Below are positions 51,032 to 59,464 of a stretch of DNA of 64,000 nucleotides, in pieces. Source of the stretch: a virus; IMG/VR virus record IMGVR_UViG_3300021091_005099, positions 1 through 64,000 of that record, one strand, 5' to 3'. Each line of letters opens with the position of its first letter. Position 1 is the first letter of the stretch. Below the pieces are notes generated by a model. That model had not been told where the DNA came from and ran no database searches. It saw only the letters and a program-made list of their open reading frames with translations. A program made the translations under genes and the position numbers.

Positions 51032-51301
51032 TTAAATCACAGCATTCTGAGCCATGCCGCTGAGTATGAATAGTGTGAGGTCGCTGTGTTCCTCGAAGCC
51101 CACGGTGGTCAATATCTGCACTTGGTCATTTTGGTATTTGACATCATTTACCATGGCAAACCTGCCTGCGCAATTGGCATAGATCCAGCGCGCAGTCTTG
51201 TGCATCTGGTGATCTGTTTGACTTGGTAAAGATATCGATTTGAAATGTGGTGGTATCCGATCTAGTTTTCTTGTGTGGAAATTTTTGGCATTAATCCTCA
51301 T
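51032..51301 (-). CDS. Hypothetical protein
   Basis: 89-aa ORF overlapping the end of the vWA gene; VGFEEHSDLTLF. Confidence 0.6.
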   Translation of the reverse strand: MRINAKNFHTRKLDRIPPHFKSISLPSQTDHQMHKTARWIYANCAGRFAMVNDVKYQNDQVQILTTVGFEEHSDLTLFILSGMAQNAVI

Positions 51302-52538
51302 AATTCACCGTCAATCCAAATGGTGCTTGTATATTTCTTTCCAGGCTGTTGTTGATCAGGAATATGGTGTCGCAATAGTCCTTGTCGCCCCAACTGTCGT
51401 AGGGCCAACCGTCTGTGAACATGATGAATTTCTTGGGCTCGATGCCCTCCTCCTTCATGTAATCCCAGTTGCACATGAAGTCAGTTCCGCCACCAGACCC
51501 CAGCTTGTAGTCCTTTAGTTCATCCTGGTTGTCGGGCGTGTAGATCACCGGATTGAATACCTTGGTGTCAAAGGACCAAAGATGTATGCGGAAGTCCTTG
51601 TACTGGTCCATAATGCCCTGCACCTCACTGAGGAATTCTCTGCACTGGTCATCGTCAATGGATCCCGATGCGTCGATCGCCAGGCAGATGTCAATTTTGT
51701 CTGTGTTGATCATGCCGGGCAGTATTGCGTCCATGTGCCAGCTCCTCCTGCTGGGTTTCATGAATGTGTAGTCGCTCTTCATTGTGCTCAATATCTGCTG
51801 TTGTATGATCTCTCTCCAGTTCATTTTCGGCTCAGTAAGCTGAGCCACCAATCTCTGTATGCTGCCGGGCAGGTTACCTGCTCCCGAGCTCTGTGCCGCG
51901 CTCAGCATGGCCTCCTTGATCTCGTCCTTGATCTTTTTCAGTTCCTCCTTGGTATAGACCGGCTGGCCTTGCTTGTTGGCACCACTGCCTTCACCTTGCT
52001 TATCCTTGCCATCACCTTGGCCATTTCCGTCCTTGTTCATTTGCAGGTGTTGATCAATCAATTCACCCAGTTTGTTCAAATTTATCTTATGCTTTTTCAC
52101 ATTCTTGTACAGCTCGTCATAGATCTTTTCTGCCGCCCAATCCTTGTATTTGTCATCCTGGAAACCTTTGTTTTCGCCCTTCTTGCCCTTGGGCATGTCG
52201 CCGATCTTGTAATCCACTAGTATCTGATTCACCGCATAGTCGCAGGCGATGTTCCAAATCTGTGGATCTCTGTCGCCAACACGCAGCAACATGTGCTCGA
52301 ACACATTGTGCAGTACCTCATGCCCAAACAGGAATTCAGTTTCTCTAGCGGAAAGGCTGTCTATGAATTTGATGTTATAGAAGAAGTGCCTGCCGTCTGT
52401 GGCAGCGGTGTCACACCACTTGTCAGCGTTCACGATCTTGAGCCTGGTGGCCAGGTTGCCGAAGAATGGATGCTTCAATAACAATGCTATCCTGGCGGTG
52501 ACCAGCTTGTCTATGATCTTTTGATCTGTGGCGAACAT
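51291..52538 (-). CDS. Putative metallopeptidase + vWA domain protein (DUF2201-like)
   Basis: TAATDG; HEVLH (HExxH); WNIACDYAVN; vWA MIDAS AIDASGSI; GGGTDF; FTDGW. Confidence 0.88.
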   Translation of the reverse strand: MFATDQKIIDKLVTARIALLLKHPFFGNLATRLKIVNADKWCDTAATDGRHFFYNIKFIDSLSARETEFLFGHEVLHNVFEHMLLRVGDRDPQIWNIACDYAVNQILVDYKIGDMPKGKKGENKGFQDDKYKDWAAEKIYDELYKNVKKHKINLNKLGELIDQHLQMNKDGNGQGDGKDKQGEGSGANKQGQPVYTKEELKKIKDEIKEAMLSAAQSSGAGNLPGSIQRLVAQLTEPKMNWREIIQQQILSTMKSDYTFMKPSRRSWHMDAILPGMINTDKIDICLAIDASGSIDDDQCREFLSEVQGIMDQYKDFRIHLWSFDTKVFNPVIYTPDNQDELKDYKLGSGGGTDFMCNWDYMKEEGIEPKKFIMFTDGWPYDSWGDKDYCDTIFLINNSLERNIQAPFGLTVNYED

Positions 52539-53641
52539 CACTTTGACTCCATGGCAGTTATTACGTACTTGCCAAATTTTTTGTGGAATCTGTCGAATGA
52601 TTTAAGTTTGCTGGGATCGAATGGCAGCTTGTAGTTGGTCAGCGCTATCTTGGCTCCCATGACCACTAGTTCGGTCTCAAAATTGTCCATCATGTAGTCG
52701 AAGAAACGATCTGCCTTGTCATTCCAGTTCCTCTCCTTGTTGATGTGTGACTGTTGCAATTCGTAGCACAGGCTAACGGTGAGCGAATACATCGCTGATA
52801 TCTCCTTGGCCTTAAGGTCCTTGACCTTGCCGCTCAGTATGTCGGATGGGTTAGGTAGTTGGCCGCTAATTTTACGATGGTTCATAAACTTAACGGCCAG
52901 TCCCTCTCCTACTGCGCCCGCCACGAGGTCAGTGAGCGTACTTTCAGGCAGGCTGTCCGATAGAAGTTGGCTTACGAAACTCCATGATCTAGGAGTCGCG
53001 AAAGAGCGTGATGATCCCTTGGGATCAAAATCATATAAATCTTGTTTGGCGAATGTGACATAGCCCACCACGTCAGGGTGTATGTGGTGCATGGTAGCCC
53101 ACTGCATCCAGTCATCATAGTCCACTCGCAGTTCGATGTGTACGAACCTGTTGGCGAGCGGCGCTGGCATCCTGTAGGTCACTCCCTTGTCTGCGTCTCT
53201 GTTGCCCGCGGCCACAATGGCCACGCCCGCTGGCAGGTGATACTGCCCCACTCTGCGGTTGAGAATCAGCTGATATGCTGCCGCCTGCACAGCAGGCGCA
53301 GCGGAATTGAGTTCATCTAGGAATATAATATCGGTGGATTCGGGATTGGTTGGCAGCTCAGCTGGAGGAGCCCATACCATGTTGTTTTCCTTGGCATTGT
53401 AATAGGGGATACCTTTGATGTCAGTGGGTTCCCACAGAGGCAATCTTATGTCTATCACCTGTCTATCTTGGTCTTGTGCCACCTGTTTCACGATATCAGA
53501 TTTACCAATACCGGGAGCACCCCACATCATTAGTGGTCTCTTTAATTGTATGCAGTGCGATAATGCTGCCTTCGCCTCATTTGGAGTAACGGTTCTGTTT
53601 TGAGAGCCAACCGCTGTGCTCTTTTCCTTTTTGCTCACCAT
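52538..53641 (-). CDS. AAA+ ATPase (MoxR/dynein-related type)
   Basis: Walker A GAPGIGKS; Walker B IFLDELN; AAGN; LANRF; TPRSW. Confidence 0.9.
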   Translation of the reverse strand: MVSKKEKSTAVGSQNRTVTPNEAKAALSHCIQLKRPLMMWGAPGIGKSDIVKQVAQDQDRQVIDIRLPLWEPTDIKGIPYYNAKENNMVWAPPAELPTNPESTDIIFLDELNSAAPAVQAAAYQLILNRRVGQYHLPAGVAIVAAGNRDADKGVTYRMPAPLANRFVHIELRVDYDDWMQWATMHHIHPDVVGYVTFAKQDLYDFDPKGSSRSFATPRSWSFVSQLLSDSLPESTLTDLVAGAVGEGLAVKFMNHRKISGQLPNPSDILSGKVKDLKAKEISAMYSLTVSLCYELQQSHINKERNWNDKADRFFDYMMDNFETELVVMGAKIALTNYKLPFDPSKLKSFDRFHKKFGKYVITAMESK

Positions 53642-53674
53642 TTTTAGACCTCTCTACAATTTGTTTATACTACC

Positions 53675-53702
53675 ATTATAGCATAAAACCGTATAAGGTC
53701 AA
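53675..53702 (-). promoter_or_regulatory. Sigma70-type promoter TTGACC-N16-TATAAT (extended -10)
   Basis: Reverse strand reads ttgacc ttatacggttttatgc tataat, upstream of the AAA ATPase. Confidence 0.65.
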
Positions 53703-53722
53703 GTTGATTTAACCAATTGATA

Positions 53723-54118
53723 TTATTGGCTTTTTTGCTCATCCGCCTTGCTCATGGCGCGGGCAAGCCCATATTTGGTCACGTCACCGGCAAACATCAT
53801 CAACTGAAGTGCCATTCTTTCCATTGTGACAGTGATCTGTTTCTTGTCCACATGATATGGGCAGTCCACAAATTCGTCCAACCATAGGAAGGTCTGTGGC
53901 GTGAAGATGATCTTGTCTGGGAACTTGATTGTGTAGATTTTGATCTCTAATTTTTTTACAATGTCAAGCCCCTGCTTGGTCAGTCGCAACGACCTAGCCT
54001 GATAGCTTTCTCTCACGTTCTGCCACCAAGTGTAATAACAGCTCTTGACAGTTTCCTCATGGTCGGGCTGATTCAGCAGTTGCATGAAGGTGCGAGTATA
54101 GGCGGTCTTGACGTCCAT
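53723..54118 (-). CDS. Hypothetical protein
   Basis: 131-aa ORF; WW.N.R...LRLTKQG motif. Confidence 0.65.
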   Translation of the reverse strand: MDVKTAYTRTFMQLLNQPDHEETVKSCYYTWWQNVRESYQARSLRLTKQGLDIVKKLEIKIYTIKFPDKIIFTPQTFLWLDEFVDCPYHVDKKQITVTMERMALQLMMFAGDVTKYGLARAMSKADEQKSQ

Positions 54119-54126
54119 ACTGTTAA

Positions 54127-54414
54127 TTATCGCTTGAATTTTTCGCCGGACTTTAATAGGTACACGCCAAACTTGTCAGTCTTGTGCATGGTGTTGAGTT
54201 TCTTGGCCAGGTTCTCCGCATGTCCCGGGTTGGAAAAAGAAACTTTCTTGTACTTGGGACCTGGGTAATTGGAAACCAAGCTGGCACTTTTAAGATTGAT
54301 GGGTTTACCATCGTAAAATACCGCCCAGATTCCTTCCGCAGCGAGAACTTCTTCTTGCTTGTAGGTCTCTTTATTGCTGATAGTCAACAGCACTGTGGGT
54401 TTTGGTCTTGACAT
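54127..54414 (-). CDS. Hypothetical phage protein
   Basis: MSRPKPTVLL...GPKYKKVSFSNPGHAENLAKKLN. Confidence 0.7.
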   Translation of the reverse strand: MSRPKPTVLLTISNKETYKQEEVLAAEGIWAVFYDGKPINLKSASLVSNYPGPKYKKVSFSNPGHAENLAKKLNTMHKTDKFGVYLLKSGEKFKR

Positions 54415-54426
54415 AATCTATCAAGG

Positions 54427-54432
54427 TATTTA
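54427..54432 (-). promoter_or_regulatory. Putative late promoter core TAAATA
   Basis: Intergenic, 12 nt before the ATG at 54414. Confidence 0.45.
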
Positions 54433-54451
54433 CCAATTTTTACCAGATAGA

Positions 54452-54703
54452 TTATTTGCTGAACTTGCCGCCGTCCATTTCTATGTTGATCGTTTGAGCC
54501 TGCTGTGCTGTTTTCAATGCCTCGATCATATCTTCCTGCACAGACACTATTCTCATCATGGTTTGGCTCAAACTAGATGCCAAACGGTCGGCGTCTTGCA
54601 TGGTCAAAACAATACTTTTTTCCTGCTTGTTTTTGGCAGTGCGTACTCTGGCTATGAAGTCTTCAATGGGCTGAGTTTGCAGCTTGCTCTTTGATTGCGT
54701 CAT
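54452..54703 (-). CDS. Hypothetical protein
   Basis: 83-aa ORF ending IEMDGGKF. Confidence 0.65.
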   Translation of the reverse strand: MTQSKSKLQTQPIEDFIARVRTAKNKQEKSIVLTMQDADRLASSLSQTMMRIVSVQEDMIEALKTAQQAQTINIEMDGGKFSK

Positions 54704-55175
54704 TTAATACCTGTTGCATTTCTATTTTGGTTTTGATAGGCCCTTTGTATGCATATCTCTGTAGTGTAATTACCTTGGGACAGTAGGCTTTCCTCCAACC
54801 TTTGGGGAAGCTGATGATATAATAGCCTGCACAAAACAAGCTGCGGCTTTTGGGTGTTTTGGTGTAAACGGGCAGTTGCTTTTGCACGTCAAACATGGAA
54901 TTGTAAGGCTGTTGTGAGCAAGTATAGCCATGCACCTGAAATTCCGTTTCGATGTGTGGCGCTTTATTTTCTGGCACTGTGATATCTGTGGCAAATATGC
55001 CTGAGCCAAATCGTGCGTACAGGCTTTCCTGTGTGGGATATTCCTGTCTTTGATCTTTCTTGCCCAGGAAGATCCAACCATTGTCGTCTTTTCTTTGCAG
55101 TGTGCCCAATTTCTGGCCATTCTCTTCTATGATCCAAAATTTATCTTTTACTAATATCTTTGCTCGCATGGTCAT
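54663..55175 (-). CDS. Hypothetical protein
   Basis: 170-aa ORF; KSRSLFCAGYY...YCPKVITLQRY; ATGA-coupled to RNase H. Confidence 0.65.
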   Translation of the reverse strand: MTMRAKILVKDKFWIIEENGQKLGTLQRKDDNGWIFLGKKDQRQEYPTQESLYARFGSGIFATDITVPENKAPHIETEFQVHGYTCSQQPYNSMFDVQKQLPVYTKTPKSRSLFCAGYYIISFPKGWRKAYCPKVITLQRYAYKGPIKTKIEMQQVLNDAIKEQAANSAH

Positions 55176-56155
55176 GCCAACCTCGCATTGAACGGTTCCA
55201 CATACAACTGTGCCTGTTCCGTGATCTTCTGCAGGTCATATTTGGCACAGAATCTCATGAATCTTATACCCACTTGTGATATCTGTTTGTTTTCTGCTTT
55301 GGCCTGGACAATTGTTTGATCCAGTTCTTGTATTATGGCTTCGGGTTGTGCATGCAAGTCAACCAGCAATCTGTTGCGCTCGTAATCATCTATCACTCTG
55401 TGTTCAACCCCCTCAGGATCCATCCATTTGCTCAGCATGAGATTGTTCCAGGCATAACCTTTGTTGAGCCTATCCTCAAATGCTTCCAACAATCCCACTT
55501 TGTTTTTAGTGCCTTTTTTGCGCACTCCCGGGAAAGCTGAAAATATGTTGTCAGATGGATCGCCTCGCATGGCCTTTTCGAATATCGTCCATTCTGCACT
55601 CTCTGTTTTCTTGTGCTGTTTGGTTTTATTGTCGATCACAGGATTGCCTTTTTTATCAAAATAGCCCGCCACTGTGATGGTCTCTTCAGTGACACCATTG
55701 TACTGTCGAACATTTGGAGCTATCAGCTGATTGAGATCTTTGTCTGTGCTTATGATAACATGCTGTTGATCAGGATGCAGATCAATCCAACGAGCTATGA
55801 GATCGTCTGCCTCACATCTGCCATTTTGTAGCACCGTGACGTTGGTCTTGGTTCTTACGAAATCCACGAAATCATCATAGCACTCCCAGAACAGTTTGTT
55901 CTCTTCCTGCTCTGCCGCCGTCATTGCCTGCACTGTTTCTGCTCGATTCCTCTTATAGGGAGCATAGTGGTCTTTCCTCCAGCTGCGTCCCTCCAAACAG
56001 AATATTACGTGGGTGCCGTCAAAATCATTCCAGGCTTTCTTGATGGAATTTAGGGTGATGTGTATGGCCATGCCGATCTTTTCAGAAGCATCGCCACGTA
56101 TCACGTGCCTTGCTCGGAAAAAAGTGTTAGCGGTATCTACCAGTATGTGGGTCAT
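55172..56155 (-). CDS. rnh: T4-type RNase H / 5'-3' flap exonuclease
   Basis: ILVDTAN; SWRKDHYAPYKRNR; EADDLIA; IISTDKDLNQL; GDPSDNI. Confidence 0.9.
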   Translation of the reverse strand: MTHILVDTANTFFRARHVIRGDASEKIGMAIHITLNSIKKAWNDFDGTHVIFCLEGRSWRKDHYAPYKRNRAETVQAMTAAEQEENKLFWECYDDFVDFVRTKTNVTVLQNGRCEADDLIARWIDLHPDQQHVIISTDKDLNQLIAPNVRQYNGVTEETITVAGYFDKKGNPVIDNKTKQHKKTESAEWTIFEKAMRGDPSDNIFSAFPGVRKKGTKNKVGLLEAFEDRLNKGYAWNNLMLSKWMDPEGVEHRVIDDYERNRLLVDLHAQPEAIIQELDQTIVQAKAENKQISQVGIRFMRFCAKYDLQKITEQAQLYVEPFNARLA

Positions 56156-56157
56156 AC

Positions 56158-56460
56158 CTATGATACCTCAGTCTTGCCGTCATCTCTTCTATTGATTTGA
56201 ACATAACCTGCACCTGTTACATCCACACCTTGCTCGTTGCCGATGGTCCGGCAAAGGCTCTGAAACCAACGATCCACTATTTCCTCTTCAGATGCACCTT
56301 TGTAGCCATTCTGTTTCAACATATTCACAAACTCATTATTCCAATCCAATTCAAAGAATCCATTTCTTGGATTTTCTGGATTCACATTCACTTGCAGAAC
56401 CTTGACCATGGGCTCTTCGCTCTTTTCAACTTTTGTATTTTTTGTTTTTTTAACTTTCAT
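56158..56460 (-). CDS. Hypothetical protein
   Basis: 100-aa ORF; GFFELDWNNEFV. Confidence 0.7.
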   Translation of the reverse strand: MKVKKTKNTKVEKSEEPMVKVLQVNVNPENPRNGFFELDWNNEFVNMLKQNGYKGASEEEIVDRWFQSLCRTIGNEQGVDVTGAGYVQINRRDDGKTEVS

Positions 56461-56466
56461 ATCCTT

Positions 56467-56495
56467 ATTTTACAACTGTTTTTGGAAAAAATCAA
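56467..56495 (-). promoter_or_regulatory. Sigma70-type promoter TTGATT-N17-TAAAAT (probably leaderless)
   Basis: Reverse strand reads ttgatt ttttccaaaaacagttg taaaat aaggat ATG. Confidence 0.6.
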
Positions 56496-56521
56496 TTGTT
56501 TTCCAATCCAAATTTACCAAA

Positions 56522-57382
56522 TTACGTTCCCCAAGCATTCTTGAACAATGGCACCTGTAATCTATCGCTGTATCTGTAGCCCATTTTCATTGCCAGCTCT
56601 GCAACTGTCCTGTTGTTCATGTGATACACGCTCTCCACACCACCCACGGGCATGAGATAAACGGAACCTCGGAATCCCGCTTTATTATATTCCTTTACGA
56701 CCTCTATGGCTTCATAGGCATCATTGATGTCAACGATCACAAATTTCAAGTACACATGTCCCACTTCACCATACTCCGCTACCACATCGGGCACAATGGC
56801 ATCTTCTCGCTTCTCGCCGCTCACGCTCAATTTTGCGCTCACAGAGAAAGTGATGCTATCTTTGTTCCTACCATGCCTGTGACTCCACTGTGAAAGATAT
56901 CGTTTGAAATCTTGATGAAGTCTCTGTGTGCCATTGGTCTCGAAAGTGATCTCTCTGAGGTCCTGCATCTTGCCGTGCTCCAGTAAATCAGGATATGCTC
57001 TCTGCCAGCCCAGCAATGGCTCGCCGCCCGTGAATATGAAATGCTCATCGACCCATCGCTTGTGTGGCAATATCTCCATGGTCCTCTCCACTATGGCGTC
57101 TGACGTCAGCATGGGAGACAGGTCCTTGAATCTAGGATCCCAGGAGGCATAGCTGTCACAGCCTGTGCTGACCAAAGGCAATTCTCGATAATCTTTGAAT
57201 GGGAATTTTTTATGTTGCTCGTACACCTTGTCATTTTCATCGCTCCTGACCCCTTTGGGTAGGCCGAACCCGGCACAGGTGAAGTTGCAGCCAAATGTTC
57301 GCAGGAATACCGAAGGCACGCCCATGTAGCGCCCCTCTCCCTGTATGCTGTAAAATAGTTCAGCTACTTTTATCTTGCTCAT
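56522..57382 (-). CDS. queE: 7-carboxy-7-deazaguanine synthase (radical SAM)
   Basis: ELFYSIQGEG...PSVFLRTFGCNFTC...CDS; FTGGEP; FETNGT; VSAKL. Confidence 0.9.
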   Translation of the reverse strand: MSKIKVAELFYSIQGEGRYMGVPSVFLRTFGCNFTCAGFGLPKGVRSDENDKVYEQHKKFPFKDYRELPLVSTGCDSYASWDPRFKDLSPMLTSDAIVERTMEILPHKRWVDEHFIFTGGEPLLGWQRAYPDLLEHGKMQDLREITFETNGTQRLHQDFKRYLSQWSHRHGRNKDSITFSVSAKLSVSGEKREDAIVPDVVAEYGEVGHVYLKFVIVDINDAYEAIEVVKEYNKAGFRGSVYLMPVGGVESVYHMNNRTVAELAMKMGYRYSDRLQVPLFKNAWGT

Positions 57383-57506
57383 GCAATGCCTCGACCGCTT
57401 CTAATATCTCTTCCACAGTGTATTTTCCCATTCTCTTTTTTTTAATTTCTGGGTCCTCATCTAAAGTGTACACTTCGTATTCGTTTTCGTCAATCTTGCT
57501 GTTCAT
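57360..57506 (-). CDS. Small hypothetical protein (48 aa, MNSKIDENEYEV...HEQDKSS), not in the ORF track
   Basis: Fills the gap between zf-CHCC and queE and overlaps both. Confidence 0.5.
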   Translation of the reverse strand: MNSKIDENEYEVYTLDEDPEIKKKRMGKYTVEEILEAVEALHEQDKSS

Positions 57507-57651
57507 ATATGAATTTTTTATTGCAATATCCGCAAATGACTTCGTTACTATTGCCTATTGTGTAAAATACAGTGGGGTGTCCACCCCAGTCGTCATCTCC
57601 AAAACATTTGATGTCTCTGGTGTTGACGACCTCGACAGCCTGTTCAGCCAT
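57490..57651 (-). CDS. zf-CHCC zinc-finger protein (53 aa), not in the ORF track
   Basis: MAEQAVEVVNTRDIKCFGDDDWGGHPTVFYTIGNSNEVICGYCNKKFIYEQQD, i.e. C-x8-H-x14-CxxC; coupled to the cupin stop codon. Confidence 0.8.
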   Translation of the reverse strand: MAEQAVEVVNTRDIKCFGDDDWGGHPTVFYTIGNSNEVICGYCNKKFIYEQQD

Positions 57652-58043
57652 CATCTTTTATCTTTTTTATCAAGCCTCACCACATTGCCGCTGCGGAAAT
57701 GGCCCACTGTCTCTCTTTGAATGTCATCATGATTGAACTCTGCCCAGTACAGTTCAAAGGCCACGCCGTCCTCTATTCCCTCGAAGAGATGGAAGTAGCC
57801 TGGCTTGACCTTGGTGAAATCGCCGGGTCCCAATATCGTCTCGTCGATGAGGTCCTGCTGGTCTCTCTGCCAGACCTTGATCTTCATCCGGCCTGACACC
57901 ACGTAGAATCCGTTCCACTTGTGTTTGTGCTGGTGTTTGCTGCACACTCCTCCCGCCCTGAAGTCGATGCGGTGGAATTCCAGCACGCCATTGGCGTGTA
58001 TCAGTTCGGTCTGTCCCCAGATCTTGCCGGCCTTATTTGACAT
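57651..58043 (-). CDS. Cupin-domain protein (mannose-6-phosphate-isomerase-like)
   Basis: KIWG...CSKHQHKHKWNGFYVVSG...GDFTKVKPGYFHLF; start refined to ATG 58043. Confidence 0.8.
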   Translation of the reverse strand: MSNKAGKIWGQTELIHANGVLEFHRIDFRAGGVCSKHQHKHKWNGFYVVSGRMKIKVWQRDQQDLIDETILGPGDFTKVKPGYFHLFEGIEDGVAFELYWAEFNHDDIQRETVGHFRSGNVVRLDKKDKR

Positions 58044-58051
58044 ATCCACAC

Positions 58052-58080
58052 ATTTTAATTGTATTTAGATGATTTGTCAA
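58052..58080 (-). promoter_or_regulatory. Sigma70-type promoter TTGACA-N17-TAAAAT with TAAATA embedded in the spacer
   Basis: Reverse strand reads ttgaca aatcatctaaatacaat taaaat. Confidence 0.65.
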
Positions 58081-58113
58081 GGCAGGTGCTGGTAATGGCA
58101 CCTGCCTCATGAT

Positions 58114-58755
58114 CTATCCAACCAGTTTCCTCTGCAGCTTGTTCTGCAGATACATCAGCAACACTCCATACGCGGGCAAAAAGATTATGAATCCCACAAT
58201 GATTTTGACCAAGGTGTTGTTGAAGGCCACCGCATGCACCCACGGCTGCGGATAGAACGCAGTGTAGAAGAATGTGTAGGTGTCAATGATGTTGGCCGCC
58301 ACAGTGCTGAGGGCCGGAGCCAGCCACCAGTTGCTGGTCCACTTCTCACGTATGTACTGCATCACGTAAACGTCCAGCATGGTGCCCACTGCATATGCGG
58401 TGCCGGATGCCACGCCCACTCTGATTGCGTGTGGGTCCTTCAATATAAGAAGCACAGCCACCGACGCCACTATGGCGGGCAGCATGGCCATGGCCACCAC
58501 CGCCCTGGCGGTGTGCTTGCCCACCAACCGCACGGTGAGATCGCTTGCGACCACCACCAGCGGGAACGTGAAGGCCGCAGCTGCCAATGGGAAGCTGGTC
58601 TGCCAGCCCAGTATGTTGATCTTTTCTGCAAAGAGATTGAAGCGTATGGTCACAAGATAATTGCTAATAGCAATGATCACTGTGTGGAATATCACCAAAT
58701 TCCGCAACAGGCCACGGTCAACATCTTTCAACAGATTGTTTAGATAGTTTGTCAT
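58114..58755 (-). CDS. yhhQ: Queuosine-precursor (preQ0/preQ1) transporter, YhhQ/VUT family
   Basis: IIAISNYLV...AFTFPLVVVASDLTVRLVG...R...AS..AY..G..LDV...WWLAPALST...IDTYTFF; multi-TM; SD AAGGAG before MTNYL. Confidence 0.85.
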   Translation of the reverse strand: MTNYLNNLLKDVDRGLLRNLVIFHTVIIAISNYLVTIRFNLFAEKINILGWQTSFPLAAAAFTFPLVVVASDLTVRLVGKHTARAVVAMAMLPAIVASVAVLLILKDPHAIRVGVASGTAYAVGTMLDVYVMQYIREKWTSNWWLAPALSTVAANIIDTYTFFYTAFYPQPWVHAVAFNNTLVKIIVGFIIFLPAYGVLLMYLQNKLQRKLVG

Positions 58756-58766
58756 GTTTCTCCTTT

Positions 58767-59234
58767 TTAGGTTTGCCATTCCTCCCATGGAAAGACCACC
58801 CACTGCGGCTGTAGACTTTTGTCAATCTCGTAGCCCTGGTAGTCCATTTTGACAGGCGATGGTTTGTTATTGACCACAGCAGCAAAACGCACACGCTCAG
58901 GTTTTCCAAAGTTGTCCACGATGTATTGGAACGTGGCTCCGGTGTCGTTGATGTCGTCAATGATCAAAATCTTTTTCTGAAATGCGTATTCTTTTTCCAG
59001 CACAGAGAGGTTGGGCTTGACTGCATGATCCCTCAGTCGCACGTCCAGCACTGCGTGCTCCTTTTTCAATCTATGTGATAGGTACACTCCTGGCACGCAG
59101 CCACCTCTGTTGATGCCCAGTATAATGCTAGGCATCCACATGGAATGCACCAGCTGATCCTCAATTTGAGTCAGTGCCTGGCGCATCTGCAGTGTGGTAA
59201 AATAAGTTTTTTGCACAGTATCAACCGCTGTCAT
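58767..59234 (-). CDS. Purine phosphoribosyltransferase (Gpt-like)
   Basis: ILGINRGGCVPG; PRPP-binding motif ILIIDDINDTGATF; WVVFPWE. Confidence 0.88.
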   Translation of the reverse strand: MTAVDTVQKTYFTTLQMRQALTQIEDQLVHSMWMPSIILGINRGGCVPGVYLSHRLKKEHAVLDVRLRDHAVKPNLSVLEKEYAFQKKILIIDDINDTGATFQYIVDNFGKPERVRFAAVVNNKPSPVKMDYQGYEIDKSLQPQWVVFPWEEWQT

Positions 59235-59464
59235 TTTAATAGTAATCCTGCCACGTAGATGGCTGTTAATCCTGCATTAAGTGCTATTAGACTGCGTTCT
59301 TGCCACAGTATGCCCACTAGCACCCATATGCCATTGGCCACGCAAAATAGATACACATATACCGGAAACACGTTGAAGGCTGCCAGCGTGGCGGCGCACA
59401 ACAGAACCACTGTTCCGATCCAGGCCAGCGATTGGTAAGGTTTGGTTGGTAATTTACTTGCCAT
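59231..59464 (-). CDS. Small membrane protein with about 3 TM helices
   Basis: 77 aa, almost wholly hydrophobic. Confidence 0.7.
   Translation of the reverse strand: MASKLPTKPYQSLAWIGTVVLLCAATLAAFNVFPVYVYLFCVANGIWVLVGILWQERSLIALNAGLTAIYVAGLLLK

Noticed and set aside
57573-57588. Inverted repeat TGGGGTG-TC-CACCCCA as a terminator or operator
   Set aside because: It lies inside the zf-CHCC gene and encodes W-G-G-H-P; the loop is only 2 nt and there is no U-tract.
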